Both the position numbers and the translations under genes were made by a program. Shown here piece by piece: positions 24,620 to 38,677 of a stretch of 64,000 bases of DNA. The notes beneath the pieces were generated by a model, which had not been told where the DNA came from, ran no database searches, and saw nothing but the letters and a program-made list of their open reading frames with translations. How positions within the stretch are numbered: the first letter of the stretch is position 1; every line of letters begins with the position of its first letter. Source of the stretch: Felis catus (lineage: Eukaryota); NCBI RefSeq assembly GCF_018350175.1, contig NC_058368.1:142788001-142852000 (forward strand), written 5' to 3'.

Positions 24620-27600
24620 CAATATCAAGTGAAATCCAACAATATAGAAAAAGATAACCCATCATTACTAAGTGGATTTTGCCACTAAAATGAAAAGTTG
24701 AGTTAACATTTTAATATTAGTAAATGTCCTTCATTATATGACAAAGCAAAAAAGAAAAACCATATGTTTATCTCAGTAGATGTAGCAAAGGCATTTGCCA
24801 AAATCTGATATCCTGATTAAAAACAAAACTTTTAGCACTCAGAATAGATAGGAATGTCCTTAACTTGATAAAGAGCATCCATGAAAAACATACAACTAAC
24901 ATCACACTTAATACTCGATGCTTTCCACCTAAGATCAGGAACAAGCAACAATTCTATTTAACTCTGTTGAAAGTTCAGCCAGTGGAGGAACTAGTCATTG
25001 TGGTAATGCAAGAAAAATAAATAAATAAATAAATAAATAATAAAAGGCATCTAAATTAGAAAAGACAAACTATTTGCATACAACATGATAGTCCATGGAA
25101 TCTACAAAAAGTTCAAAAAAGTACTAGAACTACTGAGTTTGGCAAAGTTGCAAATTACAAGATCAATACATAAAAACCAACTGTTTTCTATATACTAGCA
25201 GTAAAATGAAAATCAAAAATACCATTTAAACATTATCAATATGAAATACTTAGGGATAAATCAATCTACAGAAACATATGCAAAATCTGCAAACTACAAA
25301 ATATTTTTGAAATTAAAGGTGACCTAAGTAAATGGAGGGATACGTGTTTTTCATGAGCGCAAGACTTGAATTGACCTGTAGATGCAACACAATTCCCATG
25401 TTTTTATAAATTCTAAAATTCATGGAAATTCAAAGGACCTATAATAGCTAAAATGACTGAAAAAGAGCACAGTTGCAAGGCTACCACAACCTGATTTAAG
25501 CCACAGTTATCAATACAACACAGGAATCAAGAAAGACATATGAGTCAACAGAGTCCAAAAAAAAGAGTCCAAAAAGAGACTTCAACATTTATAGACAACT
25601 TATTCTTGACAAGGGTACACAGGTGATACAGTCCAGAATGTGCAGCCTTTCCAATGAATGGTAATGGAAACAAATCCGTGGGTATATGCGCACACATAAA
25701 CTTTAATTCATATCTGGCACTAGATATAAATATTAACTAAAAATAAATAATAGGCCTAAATGTAAAAAGTTGGTAAGACCTCTAGGAGGAAACAGCAAAA
25801 AAATCTGTACGACTTTGGGTTAGGCAAAGATTTCTTTCTTTTTTTTTTTTTTTAAATTTTTGTTAATGTTTATTTATTTTTGAGACAGAGAGAGACAGAG
25901 CATGAACAGGGGAGGGGCAGAGAGAGAGGGAGACACAGAATCTGAAACAGGCTCCAGGCTCTGAGCAGTCAGCACAGAGCCCGACGCAGGGCTCAAACTC
26001 CCGGACCGCGAGATCGTGACCTGAGCTGAAGTCAGACGCTTAACCAACTGAGCCACCCAGGCGCCCCAGGCAAAGATTTCTTAATATGACACCAAAAGCA
26101 TAATCGGTAAGAACAAGTTGATAAGGACTTTAAATATTAAAAAATTTAAAACTTCTGCCCTTGGGATGCCTGGGTGGCTCAGGCAGTTAAGCATTTGATT
26201 CTTGGTTTCAGCACAGGTGATGATCTCACAGTTCATGGGTTGAAGCCCTACATTGGGTTCAGTGCTGATAGCATGGGGCCTGTTTGGAATTCTCTCTCCC
26301 TCTCTTTCTCTCTGCCCCTACACCGCTCATACTCACTCTCTCTCTCTCAAAATAAATAAACCTTAACTAATGGCACCTTTAAAAAAATAAAATAAATAAA
26401 ACTTCTCTTTGAAAGACACTATCAGATGTATTAGATGAAAAGAAGACAGAGTGGGAAAAAATATTTGCAGAGCATGTATCTAATAAAGGACTTGTACCTA
26501 GGATACATTAGGAACTTTCAAAAACAAAAAAAAACAAAAACAACCCCATTAAAAATGAGTAAAAGGGGCGCCTGGGTGGCTCAGTCAGTTAAGCATCCAG
26601 CTTCAGCTCAGGTCATGATCTCGTGGTTTGTGAGGTCGAGCCCCGCATCAGGCTCTGTACTGACAGTTCAGAGCCTGGAACCTGCTTTCTGTCCCTCTCC
26701 CACTCGTTTGTTCCTTCGTTCTCTCTCTCTCAAAAATAAATAAACATTAAAAAAACATTTTTTTAAATTAGTAACAGAGGGGCACCTGGGTTTCTCAGCA
26801 CCCAACTCTTCATTTCAGCCCAGATTATGATCTCACAGTTTTTATGTTCAAGCCCCACATCAGGCCCTTGGTGGCAGTGCAGAGCCTGTTTGGGATTCAT
26901 TCTCTCTCCCTCTCTCTCTGCCCCTCCCCTTCTCACTCTCACTATAAATAAACTTAAAAAAAAAAAAAAAAGGAGTAAAAGAGGGGTGCCTGGGTGGCTC
27001 AGTCGGTTAAGCATCCCCCTCTTGATTTTGGCTCAGGTCATGATCCCAGGGTCGTGGGATCGAGCCCAGAGTCACCCCAGAGTCATGCTCAGTGTGGAGT
27101 CTGCTTAAGATTCTCTCTCTCCCTCTGGCCCTCTCCCTGAACCACTGGTGCACACTCGCTCTTCCTTCATAAATGAAGAGATAGGAATGGTGGACAGACA
27201 AATAAAAAGATTTTCAACATCAAGTCACTGAGGAAATCAAAAGTATGAGACCCTACTACTTACCTCATAGAGTAACTCAAGTTAACAAGACTGACCATGC
27301 GCATGACAGGTGTTGGGTGAGGATTTGGAGGAACAGAAACTCTCATTAACTAGTGGTGGGAATGTAAAATATAAAATGGTTCACCACTGTGTAAAACAAT
27401 TCCTTACAAAGTTGACATATACGTGCCATTTTATGCAGCCATTCCACTCCTATTTACCCAAGAGAAATGTCCTAAACTAGAAACAACCCCAAAGTTCATT
27501 GAGTATATAAACAAACTGTGCTATATACATACAATGGAATCCTTTACTTAGAATTAAAAGGAACGACTTATTAATACATATAATACCACAGATGAGTCTC

Positions 27601-28645
27601 AAAATAATTATGCTTAGTGAAAGAAACAAAACCAAAACAAAATATATTATGAATATATTATAGGATTCCATTTATAGAAGACCCTAGAAAATGCAAAATT
27701 GTCTATAGTGACAAAAAGTTCCGGGGCGCTTGGGTGGCGCAGTCGGTTAAGCGTCCGACTTCAGCCAGGTCACGATCTCGCGGTCCGTGAGTTCGAGCCC
27801 CGCGTCGGGCTCTGGGCTGATGGCTCAGAGCCTGGAGCCTGTTTCTGATTCTGTGTCTCCCTCTTTCTCTGCCCCTCCCCCATTCATGCTCTGTCTCTCT
27901 CTGTCCCAAAAATAAATAAACGTTGAAAAAAAAAATTAAAAAAAAAAAAAAAAGTTCCTTGGGAAGTAGGTGAGGGTATAGGGAGGGTTGGGAACTAGGA
28001 AATACAAAAAGGCCTGAACAAATTTCTGGGAAGAGGGATAGGCTTACCATCCTCAATTGTGGTCACAGTGTCACAAGTGTATACGTGCATTAATACTTAG
28101 CAAATGGTGGGGCGCTTGGGTGGCTCAGTGGGTTAAGGGACCCACTTGATTGGTCTTGATTTTGGCTCAGGGCATGACCTCACAGTTTGTGGGTTCAAGC
28201 CCAGTGTCCAGCTTCACAATGACAGTGCAGAGCCTGCTTGGGATTCTCTCTCCCCCCCCACTTCTCTGCCCCTGCCCCAGGTGCATGTGTTCATGCCCTC
28301 CCTCTCTCTCAAAATAAATAAACAACAACAACAAAAAAAACCTGGGGCCCTTAGGTGGCTCAGTAGGTTAAGCGTCCGACTTTGGCTCAGGTCATGATCT
28401 TGCGGTTTGTGAGTTCAAGCCCCACGTCAGGCTCTGTGCTGACAGCTCAGAGCCTGAGCCTGCTTTGGATTCTGTGTCTCCCTCTCTCTCAGTCCCTCCC
28501 CCACTTGCCCCTGTCTGTGTGTGTGTCTCTCTCTCTCAAAAATAAAAATAAACATTAATAAATATTTTTTAAAACTTTAGCCAATGGTGCACTTTCAATA
28601 TGTCCATTTATTACGTGTTTAGTTAAGCTGTTAAAATAAAAATAT
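24620..28645 (+). mobile_element. Old degenerate L1 (L1MC/L1ME-like) ORF2 and 3' UTR, fragmented by about 8 CanSINEs
   Basis: L1-like motifs: atctcagtagatgtagcaaaggcatttg, gggaatgtaaaat...ggtt, ccattccactcctatttacccaagagaaatg, gatgagtctcaaaataattatgcttagtgaaagaa. Confidence 0.8.
27723..27948 (+). mobile_element. Young SINEC_Fc
   Basis: Near-consensus; TSD AAAAAGTTCC. Confidence 0.92.
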
Positions 28646-29449
28646 AATAAAAGCAATCTAAAGAATTATTTCAACTTATTCCTAGTCCTGAGTTTCCAGA
28701 GACTTCTAAATTTTAAAGCAGGCATCTAAACAGCACACTTACACTTTTAGGGTGGAAATAGAACATTGTTTCCTAACAGAAATTGGATACATATGAGGAT
28801 ACTGATTCAATAGCTGGTAGCTTAATATGCTCTGATAAATGTTTTAGGCATGATAAACTCTATCTCAGCCTAGGTTTTACTTCTTTTCTTTCATTTTTCC
28901 TTTATCATTTAGCAATGGAAATGGGTAAGGGAATAAGGATGGCTTAATTAAAGTGTTACAATTATGTGGCTCATATGGATAACTGTTAACAACGTCCTCA
29001 ATTACTCCGCTAGGTGGTATTTCTTAGGGTTTTAGACATGTAAGGAGCCCTCATTTTATAGACTAGCAGTCTCGGGTGCAAAATGAAACTAAGTGGCTTT
29101 CCCAAGGACACACACTTAAATTTGATGACTTTAAAAAAACATTCACTTACTGTCCAATTCCAAAGAGACAGAGAGAGAGAGACAGAGAGAGAGACAGAGA
29201 GAGAAATTTGGGACAGAATGTATTAACTGTAGCCTAGCCAGAGTAGGTGACAGATTTACTTACTTGCAATTCACTACCAATTCCATAGCACCCTCCTTTA
29301 ACCAAACCACTTGTTTTAAGTTCTGTTTATTTATAGGACCACACAGGCATAAAGGTAAAGAACTCAGAGAGTGGGTCTCAATCTTCATTGCGTAACAAAA
29401 CCAAGAAACCCAAACCCTCCCTGCAGAGCTAATCCAACTGGTTTCCAGG

Positions 29450-29625
29450 CAGTATTCTTAAACTTGAGGGAGCATCAGAATCACCTGGAGGGCTTGTTAA
29501 AGCAGATCACTGAGCCCATCCCCAGAGTTTCCGATTCGGGGATGGTACTCAACACCTGGCAATTCTAACCAATCCCTAGCTAACACTGATGCTACCAGTC
29601 TGTGAACCACAGCTGAGAACCACTG
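29450..29625. mobile_element. MER5A (hAT-Charlie MITE)
   Basis: cagtattcttaaactt...gcatcagaatcacctggagggcttgttaaa...gagaaccactg. Confidence 0.8.
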
Positions 29626-31102
29626 AGGGTAGGGCAATCTTTAAAAAGTTCTCCAAGTTAGTGATGTACAGCCAGTTGAAAAGCGTTGGTCTAGCACTAT
29701 CCCTCTCCATCTGTTTTGGAATCACCTGGAGAATTAAAACAAAACAAAACAAAATTGATGCCTGAGTTCCTACCCTCAGAGGTTCTTTTTATTTTATTTT
29801 TTAAATGTTTTTATTTATTTTTGAGACAGAGAGAGGCAGAGCATGAGCAGGGGAGGGGCAGAGAGAGAGGAAGACACAGAATCTGAAACGGGCTCCAGGC
29901 TCTGAGCTGTCAGCACAGAGCCCGATGCGGGGCTCGAACTCACGGACTGAGAGATCATGACCTGAGAAGTCGGACGCCCAACCGACTGAGCCACCCAGAC
30001 GCCCCCAGAGGCTCTTTTTAAATTGACGTGGGTTGCAGCATGAACCTCAGAAATTTTTTAATCATTTCATGATTTAAAAGAATTATACTCCAGATGATTC
30101 TAATGTACGCCAAGACTGAGAGTCACTGAAAATTTTCTGCCTCAATGCCTATTACCATTTACCTAAAATTTCCCCAGAGTTGGATACTTATACCACTATA
30201 ACATATTAGAAACTCCTTTCTGACTTGTCTGTGAGTAATTATTTATTTCCATTCTGGTATTTTAATAATGCTAACATTTATTGAATACTTAGAATGTAGT
30301 AAGCCTGGTGGTGCTTTGCCTCTTTGTTTTTGTGTTGTTTTACTTACTAGTTACGCCTTAAATAATTTTTCTGCAAAGACAGACTCTGTATTTCCTATCA
30401 ACATTGTCTTCTCACTTGTGGTTATTATCACCTTATTCTGTCTCTACTGGTTAGAAGCCTAGGACAGGAAAAGAGAAGCCAAGGAAGAAATTGGGAGTGG
30501 GAAGGATCTTTAAAAAATTATTGGGGCACCTGGGTGGCTCAGTTGGTTAATCATTCGACTTCGGCTCAGGTCATGATCTCACAGTTTGTGGGTTCGGGCC
30601 CCCCGTTGGGCTCTGTGCTGACAGCTGGGAGCCTGGAGCCTGCTTCGGATTCTGTGTCTCCCTCTCTCTCTGCCCCTCCCCCACTTGAACTCTGTCTCTT
30701 TCAAAAATAAATATCAAAAAGAAAAAAATCTCCTAAGCTGCTTCAACATGTTACATTGTTACTTCAGTCTCTGAATCTTGGCAGAAGTTGTCTCTAAATG
30801 GACACAGACTCAGTATTTCCAGGAGGAAAATTCCAATACTTATGATTCCATTCTAAGGCAGCTGATTTTCCTTTTGCTCTTGACTAATGCATTTTATTTC
30901 TAAAACAAAAAACCAAAAGCCAGAACCACTAATTTTTCCCAAAAAGTAGCTTCTATTGAAATTATAATACCACTAATAGCAATGATGTAACTTTTTGGCG
31001 GGTAAAGGGATTTTAGTTGAGATTTTAAAGAAATAATTTAATTATTTCTACTTGTATTACGCTTCTGGTTAACGCTTCCTTTCCAGGCTCTATGCTCACT
31101 GT

Positions 31103-31116
31103 CCACAAGATGGCAC
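31103..31116 (+). promoter_or_regulatory. CTCF-like motif
   Basis: CCACAAGATGGCAC. Confidence 0.55.
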
Positions 31117-31348
31117 TGTTGTGTACTGCTAGCCGATCCTCCTGGATCGATATTTTCAGAGTATTAAGAATGTTTCCTACAGTTTCAGTTCCTGAAATGC
31201 CATTTGCTTCAAACGTCATGAGATAGGAGAGCCATCAGGAGTTATGTCGTTAACTGTTAGACCTGTGTCCTAGCACGGTATTTAATGAATGGTACTTACT
31301 CAATGTTGACTCAGAAGGAGACTGAGCCTGTGCACAACTACTTCACAT

Positions 31349-31401
31349 TGATGCGGGAGAGTGGGGCGGGCTGACGACAAAGTGCAAGCTAGTGTGCGCA
31401 T

Positions 31402-31439
<38 letters not shown>

Positions 31440-32091
31440 CACCACCACCACCAAATGGGATGTGTGTGATATTCCTCAGGCACTTCTGGCTGCCCAAGGA
31501 CAAAGGAAAGAAAACAAATGGCCGATTGATAGAGATCAGTCATGCAGAACATGGGTCTCCATCAATGCACAAATATCTTAGTAAATTAGAAGAAAAAGGC
31601 AATTGTATCAATAGGCCAACCTCCAGAAGCCTGTAGACTGTTTCCTGGAACCCCAATATCACCCCTCCATAGTGATATGGGGAACAAAGGCAAGAAGGTA
31701 AAATTAAATTTCCTTATAACCTGCAGGCCATTGACAAATACTTGAGGCAAATACAGAATATGACATTTCTCCAGGAACCCCCTAGTGTCCTAATGTAAAT
31801 GCCTTACTAGAGGGAAAACAGCCTTCGCTTGACAATAGCAAGGCCTCAGGTATCTTAGGAGCCCTCTTTAACAGATCAAAGTCCCTTGGGAGGCCTCCCT
31901 TTTGACTTTACCTCCCCAACTCCATAGTATAAAACCAGGTATTCTTCACAACCCCAGCGTAGCTCTTCCTGCCCATGGGTCCTGTCCCCATGCTTTAATA
32001 AAATCACCTTTTTGCACCAAAGACGTCTTCAAGAATTCTTTCTTGGTTGTCGGCTCCGGACCCCCGCCAGCATCACCCCAAAACCTCATCA
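31349..32091 (+). mobile_element. Solo LTR, carnivore ERV1-like (743 bp)
   Basis: Terminal inverted repeat TGATG...CATCA; 4-bp TSD ACAT at 31345-31348 and 32092-32095; TATAAAA at 31928 and AATAAA at 31997. Confidence 0.88.
31403..31437. repeat. (CA)n microsatellite inside the ERV1 LTR
   Basis: Direct reading. Confidence 0.9.
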
Positions 32092-34281
32092 ACATCAGCC
32101 AATGCCATGGGAAGGCTGCAGCTCAAACAACTCTCAGAAGTAAGGAAAGCAAGCAGCATGCACTATCTTCCTTTGCCATCTAAGATTTCTTCAATACTCC
32201 ATTTTTCTTTTCCCTACTTTTACACTGGTTTTGACGACAACGCAGTTCTCTCCAAAGAGGCCTGATGGCCCATCTCCTCAGACACCCGTTTTCCTCCTTA
32301 ATGTGGTTAAATCAGCTATTCTGATCCTAACATAAAACGCAAAACCAGTTACAACAAAAACATGACTGTGGGAGGCATCAATTAATAAAACATAGTCCAT
32401 GCATATTTTAGGATATGTTGCCAGAAAAACATTCCTGGGCAGTTATTCAAGGTTGAAAAGCCCATGAGGAGAAAGGACTTTGTTGGGGAAAGTGGTGGGT
32501 GAGAGAGCACTGTGGTGAGGTCAGAGGTCACTACACCTTTCCTTGCTTCAGTTTCCTCACCCATAAATGAGGAAGGGGTACTGAGCCACCTTCAGGGGCC
32601 TCCTAGGTCCAACACAGCCTATGTCCTATACAATTTTTTAATATTATGGCTTATACAATTGTTGTGTAAACACTCAAGGGCCAAGCGGAGAATTCTACAT
32701 GCTTGCTTCAAAGAGAAAGAAAGAGAAGGATTTTATTTTTATTAAAAAACAATTTTTTTAAATGTTTATTTCTTTTTTGAAAGAGAGAGACAGAACGTGA
32801 GTGGGGCCAGGGGCAGAGAGAGAGGGAGACACAGAATCCGAAGCAGGCTCCAGGCTCCCAGCTGTCAGCACAGAGCCCGACATGGGGCTTGAACTCATGA
32901 ACCATGAGATCATGACCTGAGCCAAAGTTGGACACTTAACTGACTGAGCCACCCAGGTGCCAGAGAAAGAAAAGGATTTTAAACAATTGTGAAATGCCCA
33001 GGATTTTTTTTAATTTTGTTTTCATTGGTGTATTTATGGAATAAAAAAATATTCCTCTGTCTTAACTGCTGCTTCAGTTCTCATAGACTGTCAACTTTCC
33101 AACGCAGTATGAACTGGCATTACATATTCTTTAAAATGTAGTATGAAACCAGATTGGGCAACATTTTTATTTTTAGGCATAGAACGTAAAGTATCAAATT
33201 ACATCATTTAGTTTGTAATGTTAATTAGTTTTTCAGAAACCTGTTTCATTTTATAGACTGCTACAAAACAAAGATAAAGTTGTGAAACCACCATACAGAA
33301 TCTGAACAAAGTTGATCCAACCTATTCCCCAGTCTTGGAGATTAGCTGGCATCACAGTGACACCCATGAACCACCCAAGTCAACATAATTGAAAAAGACT
33401 AGCTCAGTTAGGTCCAGGTCCTGGTGCTACACCGCACGTCAGCCAACGTAATCACTAGAAATTAACTCTGTGACACCAGAATGAAAACCAGTAATTCAGA
33501 AATCATAAAAAACGTACCATAAATCAAAATCATCATCTGTTAAACAACTTAATTCTGAGCTCAGCTTGGGTTATTGAACTAATTTAAAGGAACTAATAAA
33601 TACACAATCCACACCTGCTTATAATCATAAAGAGAGTTCCAAAGACCCAATTTCAGCACGAAGAGCTCATTTATCTCTGCCTTATCCCCAAACAATAATA
33701 CCCAAACACTGTGAAGCAAGAGAGTCAGTTACCTATTTATCTATTGGTGACCAACAACAGAACTTTAGTGCTTTGAAGAGTCAGGCCATTTTTATCCTTA
33801 TTTTAAACAACTAAACGAAGACTTCTGTTATCAGAAGGAGCAATCTGCTGTAAGGGTCTGCCCAAATTCTAAGCACCTGCTTTCTCTGGTCTGGAGGCAG
33901 ATGGTACATCATAAAAATAAAAGTCATAGGGAAAACGCACAGAAAGATATTCCCTTTAAAACCCTTAAGGAGGCTCTTTTTCCTAAAATCTAATACTATA
34001 AATATACATGTTTATGTTAATATCTCAGCTTAGAATTTGGGAACTTGATGCAGGGGCATTTAAAAAGTTTTCTTAGCCTGATTCATATGCATATGTTCAC
34101 ATATTTCCATAGAATGGGAAAACGGCCTTTACTTTAGCTGACTAGCACCTAAACAGGACAATTTATTTTTGAAATTCTAACAAGTATCCTACACAGCAGC
34201 AGCTGCTGTCCTATCCTTCAATATTACCACTGACTGCATCTCCGTTAGGTTCTTTTACGGTAACTAAAACACCACCCGGTG

Positions 34282-34649
34282 GGTATTTGAGTCAGCTTGG
34301 GCTGCTGGAACAAAATATCACAAACTAGGTGACTTTAACAACAAGAAATTATTTCTCACAGTTGTGGAGGCCGGTAAGTCCAAGATCAAGGTGCTGGCCT
34401 ATTAAGCTCCCCTGTGAGTGTCCTCTTCCTGGCTCACAGACAGCCGCCTTCTCACCATAGCCTCAAGATGAGGCCAGAAAGCGAGCTCTGGTGTCTTCCT
34501 GTTTCTCAAAAGAACACTAATTCCATCGTGGAGACCCCACCCTCATCATCTGATTACTCCCCAGAGGCCCCACCTCCAAATATCATCACATGGGGGTTAG
34601 GGCTAACACATGTACGTTTTAGAGAAACACAATCATTCAGTCCATAACA
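34282..34649 (-). mobile_element. MLT1 (MaLR) solo LTR
   Basis: gggctgct...aacaaaatatcacaaactaggtgactt...aaattatttctcacagtt...aagtccaagatcaaggtg; ends cattcagtccataaca. Confidence 0.85.
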
Positions 34650-34747
34650 CAGGGATCACTTCATGTATAGTTGCAGGACTTGTACAGACGAAAGAGGCTG
34701 TAAGAAATTGGCTTCGTAAGACACGTTTCCACAATAACTATGTAGGT

Positions 34748-34922
34748 TGGTGCTTCTCAAATTTAGATGCATCAGACTCCCCTGCAGCTTGTTGAAACAC
34801 AGGTTTCTTGGCCTGAGCCCCAGAGACTCTGTCTTAGCAGATCTGGGGTGGGATCTGAGAATTTGCATTTCTAACAAGCTCCCAAATGATGCTGATGCTA
34901 TCTGTCTGAGGTGAGAGCTCCT
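34748..34922. mobile_element. MER5A
   Basis: tgcttctcaaattt...gcatcagactcccctg...gtgggatctgagaatttgcatttctaacaagctcccaaatgatgctgatgc. Confidence 0.8.
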
Positions 34923-35430
34923 AATGCAGGGGTTCCCTTTGGAATGTGAATTTCAGTTATCATACCTGTATTGGCTTCTCAGTAAATACTCATTTTATGC
35001 TAAACACTTGAAATGTGTCATTTGCTTACACTCAGATGTCGCAGTTACACATGAAAGTGCTTAATAAGCAGATGGGAAGATCTGCTGGCATGGCTGCTTT
35101 ACACTGTGAGCACCCAGGGAGAGTCAATTAATGCTCTATGTGTGATTAGCTAACGTGTGACTTCACAAATCACCAGGATTTGCAAGAATGCCTACTGACA
35201 TCTTATCCTTACTAATTTTTATCCCGGAATTTAGCTTCAGTCTTTGAAGTTGCTGGATTCTGCTATCTTACATCTATGAGCATACTGCAATGGCTTGAAC
35301 TGATACCTAATTTTGACAAAAGCTTAATACAAAGCATATGAGCAATGCTTAGTATTTATGTTCAACTCATTTGTCCTATAATCACACTTGGTTAAATTTT
35401 AAAGCATAGCTCTGTCACGAAACAGCATCA

Positions 35431-35535
<105 letters not shown>

Positions 35536-36829
35536 CTAGAAGGGAAGCACACAGTTTTTTAAAAAGCTTTTTTTTTTTTTTTTTTAAGCAGGCTCCACAC
35601 CCAGAATGGAGCCCAACACAGGCCTTTAATTCACAACCCTGAGATCAAGACCTGAGCTGAGATCAAGAGTTGGACACATAACCAACGGGACCATCCAGAT
35701 GCCCCTAAAGATTTTATTTTCAAGTAATCTCTATCCTCAACACAGGGCTTGAACTCACAACCCCAAGATCCAGAGTCACATGATCTACTGACTGAGCCAC
35801 CTAGATGCCCCTGGAAACACACATTTTAAATCTTAGACGAGTGAAAATCATTTCAGTAACATCACCTTCATATATTATTTTCTTAGGGAAGATAACACTT
35901 TTGGATTGTGAAAATAGATTCTGATAGGAAAATTACAGACTGGTCCCCAAAAGTAATTTTTTTACTCTGAAATTTAAATGTAGCCTGTCAGCAAATACTA
36001 TTTGAATAGCACTAAAATTCAGTTTGTTTCCATAGCTCTTTTACTGATAATAATTTTTTTTAACGTTTATTTATTTTTGAGACAGAGAGAGACAGAGCAT
36101 GAATGGGGGAGGGTCACAGAGAGAGTAAGACACAGAATCTGAAACAGGCTCCAGGCTCTGAGCCGTCAGCACAGAGCCCAACACGGGGCTCGAACTCACG
36201 GACCGCGAGATCATGATCTGGGCCGAAGTCGGCTGGTTAACCGACTGAGCCACCCAGGCGCCCCTCTTTTACTGATAATAAATATTGGAGGGATAAAATA
36301 ACATGCTATTCCTCCCTGAAATAAGACTTTACTGTGTTTTTATATAATAATTTTACATAGTTAGGTTTGAAAAATTATTAAGTAATTTACTTATCTTACA
36401 ATTGGCCAGAAATCAGGACAAGTAGATGAGAAAGCAGATGGTAGGAAATTGGCTTCGACAGAGTTCAGGAAAGAGAAAAGGAAACCGGAGATCGCATCTC
36501 AAATCTTTTCATATAAGGTTGAGTAACTACAATATACTTTAAGCTAAAGCCTCTATTTGAGACTAGACCTGCAGTTGATAGTTTTTGTTTTGTTATTATT
36601 GTTCCCTTTTGTGCTAAGAGAACTGGTCTAAACTCCATAAAAAGTAGCCAAACTTTTTAAAAGACAACACAGAACTCATATAATTTATAAACTTGTTTTA
36701 TATGCTCTAAAATTTGGTCTCACATTTCCTAATCAATCTGAGCAAATGTAAACTGATTTTTTTATCTACTGTATTTTCAGATTTTCTCCAGGAAGAAAAT
36801 AAAACACAGCACAGAAGATTGCTGTAACG

Positions 36830-36842
36830 CCACTAGAGGGCG
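36830..36842 (+). promoter_or_regulatory. CTCF motif with upstream module
   Basis: CCACTAGAGGGCG core preceded by TGCTG(TAACG), in non-repeat GC-richer sequence. Confidence 0.7.
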
Positions 36843-37729
36843 TGCTGGCACTGCTGGGAAATCAGAGGGATGTGGGAGGAAGAAACGCTAAGGGAGGGGA
36901 GGGCCCAGGGGAGCAAGCTCGAGAAAATGAAACGCAGGAGTGTGGAGAAATGGCTAACTCCCAAAGGCTGCATCAGCAGTTCATTCCCTGAGGAGTTTGG
37001 GGACAGAGCTGTCCTCTATTTCTCTCCCTGCATTGGCCTCATCGAAGGCCCCAGGTTAAGGCTGAGAATCCCCCTGGAGAGCGCCTCCCCTGCAAAATAA
37101 AACCCCGGTAACTTGCCCCAGAGCCTTTGTTCTTTCAGTGACTCCAGGGCACTGCCTCTCCACCTTGTTTCTCCCACATTTCTGCTCACCGTCTAAATGT
37201 CCCAAGGGCCCCCGCTTTCAAACCCACTTTTCCCTCCAATTAAATTCATTCTATCACATGCTAGGCACTTTATCTAATATCTACAGTAACTCCGTAGGAT
37301 AAAAATTATCTTCAGTTTTTTAGAATAGTAAACAGAGGCTCTGGAAGGTTAAGTCCATATAGCTAATATGTGATGGAGATAAATTCAAACCCAAGAAACC
37401 CCACCCTGAAGTATATCTGTTACTACTATCCTTTATGTCACTGCTCAGGCCTCAAACCTCAAGGAACCAACTTCTAAGGAAACAAGTAGGAATATGAAAA
37501 AAATTAGGTATCCACAGATAGCCTGTCACTGGAGATAAAACAGAACACAGTTTAAACTATAGTTTGGCCACGTTCGTGTTATCTGGACCAAGTTATTTAC
37601 TGTTTCTTAGTGTGATTATATATAGAATTGGGATGATTTAGATAGCCTCCAACTCCGAACTCCTTGCCCAAAAATCACCAATAATACCATCTTGTTTTTT
37701 TTTTTAGTTTTTTTTAATCTTTATTTATT

Positions 37730-37772
<43 letters not shown>

Positions 37773-38491
37773 ATGAGCAGGGGAGGAACAGAGAGAGAAG
37801 GAGATACAGAATCCGAAGCAGGCTCCAGGCTCTGAGCTGTCAGCTCAGAGCCCGACTTGGGGCTCAAACCCACCAACTGGGAGATCATGACCTGAGCTGA
37901 AGTCGGACGCTTAACCGACTCTGCCACCCAGGCACCCACCAATAATACCATCTTCAGGAAGAGTTGAGAAGGTAAAATAAATCATGCACATGAAAATGGT
38001 GTGTAACTTGGTCAGAAACCCTTAGTTCCTGTTATCAATGGTGCAAGTAGGCTGGACCAACACATCCTAGACCACCAACCCTGCTCCGCAGAAAGACACT
38101 TTTTCTTGCTATTTCCCCCAAAAGCTACACGATAAGAAGAAAATGGGGATGGGCAACACGACAGAGTAAGAGGAAGAATCTGAAAAGTGCTCCTCAAATA
38201 CTGTAGGGTCAGCAGGCTCCACTAAAGCAGACACAGCTCCACACAGAGATGGATGTCCAGGGCTCTCTGAAACGCAGGAGGAATTAAAGCAGAATAAACA
38301 GTGTGCCATAATTCCACTGAACTTTCAACTGAGAAATGGAGGAGAAAAACATCTTCACTTAATTAAGTAGGGTTATCTAATAACACATAGTTTCTCGTAT
38401 AGTCAGAGCCAACGTTAATGCAATTAAAATTAGCCCTCATACAAAAATCAGATACAGTAAATGAAATTTTAATGAAGTTGCTGGCATTTCA

Positions 38492-38677
<186 letters not shown>

